Assembly: GCF_006345805.1 (NCBI RefSeq)
Contig: NW_021836312.1
Location: 3,207-67,206, forward strand
Direction: 5' to 3'
Origin: Octopus sinensis
Lineage: Eukaryota
Length of the DNA stretch: 64,000 nucleotides
Shown: one piece after another, positions 52,366-64,000 of the stretch
Layout: each line of letters starts with the position of its first letter
Position numbering within the stretch: position 1 is the first letter of the stretch
Made by a program: the position numbers and the translations under genes
The notes under the pieces: generated by a model
Database searches by the model: none
The model's input: only the letters and a program-made list of their open reading frames with translations
What the model was told of the DNA's origin: nothing

Positions 52366-53914
52366 ATTTCAGACCGTCAAACTTTTTTTTATTAAGAATG
52401 TCTATTAGTCGGCAAACCGGCAGAATCATCAGCATTCCAGATCAAAATGCTTTGCAGCATTCTTTCGCGTTTATACGCTCAAATTATGCAGAGGTCTACT
52501 TTGTCTTTCATCTTTCCGGAGTCAACAAAATAAAGAACTAACTAGGATTGATGTAATCAAAATTACTGACCTTCTGTTGAAAGTAGAAAGAAATATATCA
52601 ATGCCTTTGACCGCAGAAGCAAACTTTCCATGAAAAATGAATGCTGTTCTTATTTGCTTGCAAAGGTATATCAGTACAGGACATTTGAAAACATTTTGAT
52701 GTGAAGGAAACCACTTAGATATGATCATTTGATTTTGACAACAGTGTATTAATGGTGTTCTCCTCTTGTGCTGGGAGGATAGGTGACCTACATTCTTTGT
52801 ACATAAGCGGTTTTAAAAAATTGATCCAAGTAACATTTGTACAGAAAAAGACACAACTGAAACTGCAGACCATTTCATATAACATATTACAACACTTTAC
52901 TCTTAGACATTTGCCGTTCAACCCTGATCAACCTTGCACTATGACAATTCTGATTAAAGGTATTATAAACAAGGATATCGTATGTTTTTATTGGGGTAGT
53001 GTGTCTAAGATTACACGATCATGTTTCTTTATCTTTATTTTCTTTTTTCGGCAGAATACCAAATAAGGAAGATTTGGTTGATATTTCGAACAGATAATTA
53101 CGTTTTCCCTCATAATTCGCCATAAGTTATATATTTATCGAAGAGTGTAAGACATGACTTTATCTTTTGTTCAATCAAATCTGTGACATTATTTAAACTG
53201 TCATTCATCACTGTTTATTTCTCTAATGACCTTGGAAAAATATAATCGTCGCAACTTTATATTCAGCTGTCCTTGAAATATAAGCATGTAACTCCTTCTT
53301 GAAGAAATCAATAATTCTCCTAGGAAATTGATAACTACCGTATAAGAAAATAAAGCCCAATTTCTGGTTAGCACATTCTAGTTTCTTAATGCCAATTATG
53401 CGTTATTGATCATACCGAACGTGGCCACGAAATTCATCCTTAAGTTTGTATCTACAGTACTACAAAAAAGCACAGTAACTAAAAAAAAAATGGTGATATT
53501 CGGAGCATAACAGTAAACATATCCAGCATCCTGTGTTTTTCAGCTCAGTTTTTCTACTGTTCTTAAAACCTCTTGAAAGAAGCATGACAAACTCAGTATC
53601 ACATTCAGCTACGATGCAATTATTCGGTCATGTCAAGTAATGAATATTAAGATCAAACATTGGGATAAGGGTTAAAATATTATAACGTGTAAGTATAATC
53701 CATTGAGGTAAACCTCGTGCAAAACTAGTGCTTCTTTTACTGACTCCGAATAAGTAATCAAAGTAAACTTCCTCAAACGGGATTTAACGTAGAAAGAGAG
53801 AATGTGTAAATAAAAATTCAGAAACAGTAAACGTAATAAATACTAAATTGTGCTGTATGATAGTAATTTTCTTTGCAATGGAAAAATGACTCTTGCTTAG
53901 TAGATTAGATTAAA

Positions 53915-54330
53915 ATCTGACTGCACGAAGAATCCAACTCTTTGAGCAAAAGTTCCTCACAAAGCTACTACACATCCCGTACACAGAACACGAAACGAAC
54001 AGCTTTGTCAAACAACAATTTAACTAATATTCTGGCAGACATGAACCACTTCTTGCGCAGGTAAAAAGACGGAAGATTACATGGTACGGTCACGTATCGC
54101 ACCAGAACTCGCGGTCCAAAACCATTCTTCATGGCATAGTTGATGAAGGGCAACAATGAGATGGGCAGAAAATCCTGTATCGACAAAATCAAAGGCTGGA
54201 CAGGTCCCAACACCAGAAAACTGCTACGCAAGGCAGAATAGAGACCATTAGTGACGGCTAATTGCAACTGCGTCTAGAGTGGCTCTCCAACGACTGGCTA
54301 CATCAATTAAGAGATATTGATGATGACGAT
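53915..54330 (+). mobile_element. RTE-clade LINE 3' fragment
   Basis: RRIQLFEQKFLTKLLHIPYTEHETN...LLAQVKRRKITWYGHV...KTILHGIV...IKGWTG is the typical RTE C-terminus; GAT-repeat tail. Confidence 0.9.
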
Positions 54331-56212
54331 AATGATTGTTGTCATTATTGTTCTTACTATTGTTATTGTAAATCCAAAGGTCAGTACCGATTGGGCAGCC
54401 CAATTATCAAAGAGACACCAACATTTGTCACGTTTTTGTGATTAAGTCCCAGACCAAAGTTTGCTAGAGCACTTCCACGGTCAAAGGCATTGATGAACTT
54501 GACACTTGAGAACTATTATATTTCTTTAAATTATATGATGGGAAATAATCTAAAACTTTTGTTGCTATTCATAACACATCAAGCACCCTAGTATACATTT
54601 CCTCATTCAATTTCCAAATGTGAATTGCGAATAATTCTGCACATTATCATTCTACTGCTATGTAGGACCACATTATTTAATATTTCCATATTCATGGTAG
54701 TTGGGCGTGATCTGATGAACATTTCAGTTCGAATTATGACAGATCGAGCAACTCTGCAGACACGCATCCCAGTCAGCTCTGATTTGTCATGTTACTGAAG
54801 GATTTGCAGTATTTTTCGACTCATTTTCATATATTATAAACTGCATTATACAAAGTGTTTGTAAGAAAGTAGGAAGTAAGTACTATTTCTAACTGAGTAA
54901 TACCGCAAAACAGAGACTGACTCGCTCGTGGAATTTATACTTTCAGTGTGGAGTTTATATTTTCAGTGTGAAAGTATAAATGGATGGAATGTGATGCCGA
55001 AAGAGATAGCTTAAAATAGAATTAATAATACATACCATCATTGATCCGGTATCTTCATAAGTGATTATATGGAGCACTTTTGAATAAAAATCACATAAAA
55101 ATAAAACATTTCAAGAGTTTTAGGTGATTTGTGTACAAATGAGAATTCTAATTAAATCATTGTATTTGTTTTATTCTTCATTTAGAATTTTAAACTAATT
55201 GTTAAATGTACTTTATGGTGATACACATTGGACAACTCTGTCAGGAGGAAAGGCAAAACCCTTGGCTATTTACAGACCCCAGGACGGTAAGGAGAGTGAG
55301 AAGGTATCGTCAAAGTGGGTACTTGGCGAGAATACTTTTGACAGAATGGACCCCAATAAAGGCCCATCAAATGCCTGGTGATGGTATTAAATTGGGCAAT
55401 GGGTTACTTCTAGTACCCAAGATTTGGGTTTACAAACCTTTTACAATTCTTTGATATTGGGCATCAGTATGTTAGATTGGAAATAGATTGCAAGATAATT
55501 TATAAACAAAAGATGCATTATTTTATGTCTTAAATTCATGTTTCGAACTATTTAAATGTACGTGATTAAGATATTGATGTCTAGTTCTATGATTTAACAA
55601 TCTCAGTTTCGATTTGTCTATTTTCTCAATGTAGTACATGTTTTATGAAGACATCTTGATTTTATAGTAAAACGAAGAACATAGAAAAAAGAACTATTGG
55701 AAAATTACTCTGTAATCAACATTCCAATTTTTGCCCCCCGATGAAAGTCTGTACATATAAAATGCATATCCAAAGTGAACATACTCCGACGTTTAACGAG
55801 ACATCAGAGAAGTCGCTCGCAATTTACATTCTGACTCCATGACAAACATTTTCCAAGCCTGAGATTCTTAAAATGCATACAATGAAAATGTCCAGTAAGT
55901 ATTGAAGTAGATTTACTAGAATTAAATATCTGACTTCAGTAAAAAGCAGTTTTTACGAAACAGTCCTTAACGGGTGCTGTGAGTTTATGAGAGTCTGTCA
56001 TGGAATCATATACATTTTATCGTCTTATCCGAACAAGATTGGGGTCTAATATGTTTAAGATTAGTGAAGACAGCGGTAAGCAAACACAGCCATGAAAAAA
56101 TAGCAAAGCAATAATACTCATAATTTCCCTAACACCGTATGAAGGCCTTTCAAGTGTCGAATAGAATGCCTCGCAACAACGTTGATTACATACTACGGGG
56201 ATTGTTTTATAA

Positions 56213-56412
56213 TGCCATGATAGATCGTTAGCTCCTACACGCATTTTTTTCTCTCCTTGTTTGTTTTCTGTGTATCTTTCTGTCGAAGAGCGTAGGCTCG
56301 AAATGTAAAAGACTTGTTCTATTTCTATTCCTGAGCGCCATACTAATACATTTGTTTGTTTGTACTCCACCTGCCTTCGTCTTTTGTTTATTTTCGTAAA
56401 CCTTCCCGTTAT
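56213..56412 (+). mobile_element. Small (~200 bp) hammerhead-variant element, copy 3
   Basis: GCCATGATAGATCGTTAGCT start; CTTT CTGTCGA A GAGC-gtag-GCTC GAAA TGT A AAAG at 56276-56311; ends before (TA)n. Confidence 0.8.
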
Positions 56413-56822
56413 ATATATATATATATATATATATTACTAGTCAAGTACTAGTGATGATCTAACCTTGCTCTTTCTTTATTTTCCGCTTTGAGAATAGACT
56501 AAATCTTAAAAGATGTAAGCATAAAAATATTCGATGGAAAGTACGGAAAATGTCATCTTATTCGACTCGATCATTCCACGACAAACAGATAGAGACTGTA
56601 ATGTAACTCACCATGTGCATGCGTCGATCTAAGAGAGAAAAGGTAGGAGGTATTTTTACAATGACTCCGGAGAGAAAGAATTTTGAACATCGATGTGATT
56701 TGAACTGCAACTATAACAACAGCATGACCAAATGTCGCAAAGAATTTTATCCTGTCAAATACTGCAAGATATTTATTTAATCCAATTGTTTGATTTTAGG
56801 TTCTGATTACACGATAACAAAA

Positions 56823-57053
56823 GGCGGCGAGCTGGCAGAAACGTTAGCACGCCGGGCGAAATGCGTAACCGTACTTCGTCTGCCGATACGTTCTGAGTTC
56901 AAATTCCGCCGAGGATGACTTTGCCTTTCATCCTTTCGGGGTCGATAAATTAAGTACCAGTTATGCACTGGAGTCGATGTAATCGACTTAATCTGTTTGT
57001 CTGTCCTTTTTTGTCCTCTCTGTGTTTAGCCCATAGTGGGTAGTAAAGAAATA
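56823..57053 (+). mobile_element. SINE family B, full length with 10-bp TSD
   Basis: TSD GATAACAAAA at 56813-56822 and 57054-57063. Confidence 0.93.
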
Positions 57054-57541
57054 GATAACAAAAGTTCTCTTTACTACTGTCCTTGCCTTTGTTCGATAGA
57101 AAGGAAATGTAAAGCTGCAGTTTACTGTAGGATGGAGAGTGATTGAATTGATAGAGTACATGAATGATACAAATTATATCGACATCCAAACGAAGAAAAG
57201 TAGACGACGTGACATGGATTTGAACTTAGAGTGTCTAGAAGCATAATTCACTACTGCAGGCATATTGTTTGGGGTACTATCGATTCTAAATAAGCGGTTA
57301 CAATATATTTCGGAATTTTAATCTAGATAACACAGGAGGGATCTGACATACACGTCTATATATATCTAGAACCAAACCAGAGGGGGTTTTTCTTGATGCC
57401 TCTGTCAATATTTTCAATTCCATTCACCATAGTCCAAGATTTGATCATAAGATTCTAAGTATGTTATACCTATATTGCCTAAAGACGTCTTTCTATATAG
57501 TATAAAAGAAGAAATATGATATATATATATACATATATATA

Positions 57542-57618
<77 letters not shown>

Positions 57619-58889
57619 ATATATATATATGTATGTATTGGCACCGAACGTTAAATACATTATTGGTTTTTATTTAGAACATCATTTATTTTTTTACTAG
57701 ACAGAAGGGTAAATCTTTGTTGGAAAGAATTATAAATGCTTTGAATCGATCCAGTGTAATATTGGTACTTATATTTTCTGGAAGCATAACAGATGAATAC
57801 AATCACAGCTTGACATTAAGTGAGTAATATGTGTCTAGTATCTAAAAAATATATCAACAGTAGCCAGGAGGCTTTAAGTTAATTGCACCACGGTGAAATA
57901 AAATAAAATAATCAGAATGAAATTGAAAAGTCTCTAGAACGCTGTCGGACCAAATGCTACCGGTCTTTCTAATTAAGAATATATTTAAGCGATTGAACTA
58001 AAGCTCGCTTCGTAACCACAACGTTCTAAGCTCGATCCCACTGCGTGGAATCTTGGGTTACATGTAGCTTTATTTATTCTCAATTCGCTTCATACACTGT
58101 GAATGAAATTGAGTAGATGGAACAAAGTATAAATCCCACAACTATATGCATGAAAATACATACGTAAAAGAAAATATACAAATTTGCATATGCACTAACT
58201 CCAAATACTACGCATTTACACACGTACATGCAAAAATACCATTTTCTTGTTCTTCAAATTCCAAGGAGCCTTGGATCTAGGTTAGAAAACGGCTTTTTAA
58301 CTACTAGCAAGAAATCTTGACATAATACTAAATAACATACATACATAAGAGAAAAGAGAATACCGATGTTGAACTATTGAGATATCTGGAGTTACTTTAG
58401 TTAGATTACAAGTTCAGGTGTGTACTTGTAATTATTGGGGCAGTGGAATATGTAACACACTGCCTCAATACCAATCTTGACAATTTAGGCTTCTCAATAC
58501 CAGAAGGGAGAAAGCTGATTCGAAGACTACAGATCCAATCCACTACTGGAACTGTAAAATAATCTGTAAAACTTTCCAGAAGTTTATCATTTAAGTATAT
58601 ATGAGCATGTCTAGATATGCAACTATATATATGAGAATGCATACATGAAACAAAACATACAAATCTGCACGTATACATACATACATAAATACATACATAC
58701 AAAATACCTTGTTGCTGATGTTGAAATTCAACTGAGGAGCCATGTATCTAGGTTAGAAACCGTCTCTTACTGGCAAAGAATCGTGAAATAAAACTGTTTA
58801 ATGGCATACATACATACGTACATCAATCTGTGTGTGTGAATATAGAGACAAAGTGGATGTAAGAAATAAAAAGAATAAAGAAGGATTGC

Positions 58890-59245
58890 GAGAATATTGG
58901 CTTCAGATTTTGGTACAAGGCCAGCAGTTTCGGGGAGGAGTAAGTCTTTTTTCATCGACTGATTCAGCTCAGCTGGCAATTATTTTATTCATCCTGAAAG
59001 CAAAATTTGAACTCAGAACGTAATGACGGACAAAATACCTATTTCTTTACCACCCACAAGGGGCTAAACACAGAGGGGACAAACAAGGACAGACAAACGG
59101 ATTAAGTCGATTACATCGACCCCAGTGCGTAACTGGTACTTATTTAATCGACCCCGAAAGGATGAAAGGCAAAGTCGACCTAATATGACGGACAAAATAC
59201 CGCTAAGCATTTTGCCCGGCATGTTAACCATACTAGCAACTCAGT
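58890..59245 (-). mobile_element. SINE-B tandem chimera: standard unit followed by a variant-tail unit
   Basis: Junction AAAATAC|CTATTTCTTTAC at about 59038; the distal unit ends in the AATATTGG..ATTTTGGTACAAGGCC tail type seen at 34806-35422. Confidence 0.75.
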
Positions 59246-60280
59246 GCCTTATTGCGTGTGAAAATATTAAACGTATCCCTGTGCTTTCCTTTCTATGCTC
59301 CCTTTAGACTTACTTCACTTGACTGACTGATTCTCTTCCCCTCCCACCCTTAGATAACAAGAATATCCTGCGTGGAAGAAAATAAACCACACGTACAGTT
59401 ATGGAAGCCACTAATGCTAAAAATAATTGTATCGTTGTTTTTCTTTAACGCCTATATTTATGTCACCCAACCCTAAAATCTATAAAAAAACTATTTCAGT
59501 CATGTAAAGTTTTGTACTTACTCTATCACCCATGCCATCACTAGTTTTCTTAGATTTTTGTGTTTATTTACTGTCTTTAGCGTTAACTAAACAACGCTAC
59601 GTTTGTGTAAATTTAGAAACAAGTCCCCTGTTGCTAAGTGGCAACGTGTCTTGGACTACCTTCTCTGTGACATATATCGTTAACAATTCATCAGTCTCAC
59701 TAATTATGATAAAGTCCGGAAAGATAAGGTCGGATGGAATTTAAAGTACTAATATGGTTTTCCATTTTTATGTTTATAATATAAATATATTTTACAATTA
59801 TCTTCGATAGATATATAGTTTCAGTTTTCAATTTGGGAAGAAAAGGGTAGGCTTATCTTGTAAATTATGGATTTCACAGGTGTGGAAATGAGCCAGTTCA
59901 AAAACCCCTGCTGTGACATAACAGGACCCAACGGTGCAAGCAATGCTACAGTCTAAAAGTGCTTTGGATGAGTAACAATATCTCTGCACTCAAATACGCG
60001 AATACGTATACACTTGCACTCATAAACACACAAACGGATGCCCACATAGGCGTGCTTGTGTGTATGTGTGTGCGTGTGTTTTTGTGTGTGTGTGAGTGTG
60101 TGTGTGTGTGTGTGTTTGTATCCATTAATCTATGTATTTTGTTCTTTCTCGATTGCTATGTACTTATATATAATCCAATTCATGCATGCATTCACACACA
60201 TTCACAGAAGCACACACACACATACACACACTCGCGCCCATATACACATAGTCACACACGTATGAACACATAAATTACAT

Positions 60281-60327
<47 letters not shown>

Positions 60328-60434
60328 CATATATATATATATACACATATAGATTGATAGATAGATAGACAGAGAGAGAGGGGGATAAATAGATAGAGAG
60401 ATAGAGAGATAGAGAGATAGAGAGATAGACAGAC

Positions 60435-60564
<130 letters not shown>

Positions 60565-61459
60565 TAGATAGATGCATATATATATGTACCCACACGCACG
60601 TACACAAATATACACGCACTGTCACACACAAAATTATAACTTTAATGCTACCGTAGTTATTCACCGTCCTCATAACACTAAATCACACAGAACCCACTCG
60701 TTATCAAAACAACCAAAGTTTCTTTCACGGCAAAAATGAATACATTATTCAGAAATACATTACTCAATACCCATTTACGTTGCATTCCATCGTACTATAT
60801 TACGTCTCTTACTTCTCCACATCATATCATGTACATTTATGTATCTGTGTACGGTTGGAAGACTACACTTTATAATTGGTTATTACTTTTGTGGTTCGGT
60901 GCTCGGAGTTCGTAAAGATTTCCATTATACATAGTACAGTTCACTGAACCTAAACATCTGGTTTTGTTATGATATCTTCAGTACAGAGCGGTTTATGTTT
61001 TTCCTTTGTGTGTGGTTAAATCTGTCATATGTATAATTTGCAATAAGCTCTGGGAACTATGGTGGTTAAGTGTAGAGGCCTGAATCTAAGTGTGATATTA
61101 AAGCTTAATCTTTCTGTAATGTTTGAGGTTGTTCTAAGTATGGTTCGTCTTGGCTCTGTGAGGTGCTACTGCATTGGTATATTTGCTGGAATAAAGAATT
61201 GATGTGTAAATGTGCAGTTTTTTAGATTCTGCAAGTTTGATATAGATGGAACGCGAAGTAGACAGTGCTATGAGTTCTATAGTGTCTACGAAATTCGGAT
61301 GAGTGTTTCTTTCCTTGAGTCTTTAATACTTGAAGGGGGCCTAATTACTTCATCGCTAAATACAGGGTGCCTTGGGTATTTTAAACCTAGTGCCGACTTT
61401 TCCTTTCCAGATATGAATATAGTCAAATTATTCGAAAGATAAAAATAAAAAACGGCGAG

Positions 61460-61532
<73 letters not shown>

Positions 61533-62532
61533 TTTGGACGGATCGATAGGAGGTTCAATGCGGAGGAGAATGTTTTTGGTAAGACAATGCGCCGCGACTT
61601 GGGCCACTATTACTAAGTGAACTTGCCTTGATAGAAACTCTATTGAAGCCTGTAGGTTAGATTTACCTGTAATTCAAATGCACAACCCTGTCACGTTGTG
61701 TCACGTTGATCTGCCTGAGAATTGTGGTAAACGTAAAAGTGCCAGTACTACAGGAGCCTCTGTCATTCTAATTCCATGAGCAGGTAATTCAGTTGATCCA
61801 ACGATTGAATACTCCTCTTCGAAACCAGTGTAGAACCATCGAAACATATGCAATTAAATACGAATAAATATATATGTTTCAATATTTATACGTACACTCA
61901 TACATTCATATTATATATTAATATATATATATATATGAAATAAATTATCTTGTTTGCTGAATTAGAAAGAACTGCAGTCTGAGAATTTCCGGTTTATATG
62001 TTTTTTATATTCATTTCACTTAATTATCAAGCTTCTGTATTCTAGCACATATTTCGCCTTAATGTACTGATATATGAAAAATCATGCTTTGTTAGTAATA
62101 CACGATTATAATTATTTTTTTTATTCTATCGCAATTTGATTTGTTTATATATATATTATATATATATATATATGTGTGTATCTAACAGTAAATAAGATAT
62201 AGTTATAAAGTATTTTTAATTTCCTTTTACATCTTTAGGTTCTCACCTTTGAAACTATATATTCCCCTATCAGAAAGTAACCGACTACCTTTGATAGTTG
62301 ATAGAGTTATAGACTAAACCTGACATAAAAGGGGGCCTTATTGATTTCGTCTTTATATTTCGGTATGCGCTGAGGGGCATCTTAAATTTCCAGCTACACA
62401 CGATAGTGTAGCAATACAACAAAGGTAAGCAAATCTAAATTCGTTAACGAATTTTTTTCTTTTTCCTCTTTATAGGATAACTATCCGTGTGCGTGATATT
62501 TCTAATATCCAGATTTATATCTAGATATTTTT

Positions 62533-62586
<54 letters not shown>

Positions 62587-62676
62587 AATTTATGTATGTA
62601 TGTTTCTATGTATGTATGCATGTATTACATATATATAAACGTGCGTGTGCAACATCTCTCTCTCTCTTTCTATATA

Positions 62677-62710
<34 letters not shown>

Positions 62711-62739
62711 TCTCAGTCACTATCTCTCTCTCTCTATCC

Positions 62740-62833
<94 letters not shown>

Positions 62834-62961
62834 GAGAGATAGTGACTGAGAGTGGAAAAGCGAGTGTGATCAAGAAAGATAGATAGAAATGATTAATATA
62901 TAGGATTTATATCATATTTATTATATTGGTATGTATGTGAAGTATGTGCGTGCTTGTGGAC

Positions 62962-62992
<31 letters not shown>

Positions 62993-63014
62993 ATATATAT
63001 ATACACACATATAG

Positions 63015-63057
<43 letters not shown>

Positions 63058-63102
63058 TATATAATATATATATATATATGCATATTTGTGTGTGTATAGA
63101 TA

Positions 63103-63137
<35 letters not shown>

Positions 63138-63203
63138 TAAATATATATATTTATAAATACATATATATATATATATGCATGTATATATATATACATATGT
63201 ATG

Positions 63204-63271
<68 letters not shown>

Positions 63272-63370
63272 TATATAATAATATACATATATTATATATA
63301 CATATATATTATGCATGTATGTATTTACATACATTCATAGATATGCAATATGTATTTATATATATGTAAT

Positions 63371-63411
<41 letters not shown>

Positions 63412-64000
63412 CATGACCAGAAAGAGAGAGTGAGAAACTAGGATTTGTTAATACACACGTAATCGTGTGTGTGTGTGTGTGTGTGTGTATTGCGCCTAAA
63501 TGTGTAAATATCAGCGATGACTCATTCGCACCACAATAAAACACATATATGCATGCGCACACTACATACTGTATGTCTTCGTAGATATGTAAACATCGGA
63601 TGCAAACATATACGAAAAGTGCAGAAAGAAAAGAATCGGCGGTTAAATGAATACGTTGTGTAACTGAAGACTGGTTTCAAACACCGATATATGTGAGTAG
63701 AAATTGTTACTCAGCTAAATAAACATCTATTGCAAGTATTCCGTGCTGTTTCGCCTCTGTAAACTACACTAGATATTGCTGTTAAGCTATGTCTGAGACA
63801 AGGTGACTAAATCTTTGGAAATGATCATCACATTAGTCGTTGTGGAGAGGATGGGTTTCTCTAGCTCGTCTGTTTACTCATATATGTTCAATACTTCTAT
63901 ATCCAGAGTTTGGTATTGTTTTATTGTGTTATGATAGCAGTCAGAAAACAGCATGTACAGTGACAGTAAAGATACTTAGAGGGTGAAAATTATTAAAAAA

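Noticed and set aside
54710-54752. CTGATGA within a GATCTG/CAGATC hairpin
   Set aside because: GAAT instead of GAAA and the pairing consumes core residues; not a hammerhead
63660-63705. CTGAAGA-ct-GGT-ttcaaac-ACC-GATA near a possible PLE end
   Set aside because: GAAA mutated and helices I/III not formed; possibly decayed, not callable

Overview
Eukaryotic, AT-rich, microsatellite-saturated genomic DNA, most likely intronic or intergenic. Its repeat inventory closely resembles octopod cephalopod (Octopus) genomes (inference). No complete protein-coding gene is visible, and nearly all long ORFs in the track are translations of simple repeats. Recognisable content: three tRNA-derived SINE families (called A, B and C here), four fragments of a CR1/L2-group LINE whose 3' end is shared with SINE-A, an RTE LINE 3' fragment, two decayed mariner transposons, a Tc1/mariner-type MITE, a small Helitron, a probable R4/Dong-type insertion in (TAA)n, and Penelope-like element (PLE) remnants including a GIY-YIG endonuclease region. 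The most striking signal is a set of small non-coding repeats carrying minimal type I hammerhead ribozymes. (i) A ~351-nt tandem unit at 7451-7997 has an intact minus-strand hammerhead with a palindromic helix III (retrozyme-like). (ii) A ~200-bp dispersed element, present three times, has the same non-canonical U at core position 6 in every copy. (iii) A hammerhead at 31367-31410 appears to form the 3' part of a tRNA-headed SINE. One well-formed orphan candidate exon lies at 48319-48419.
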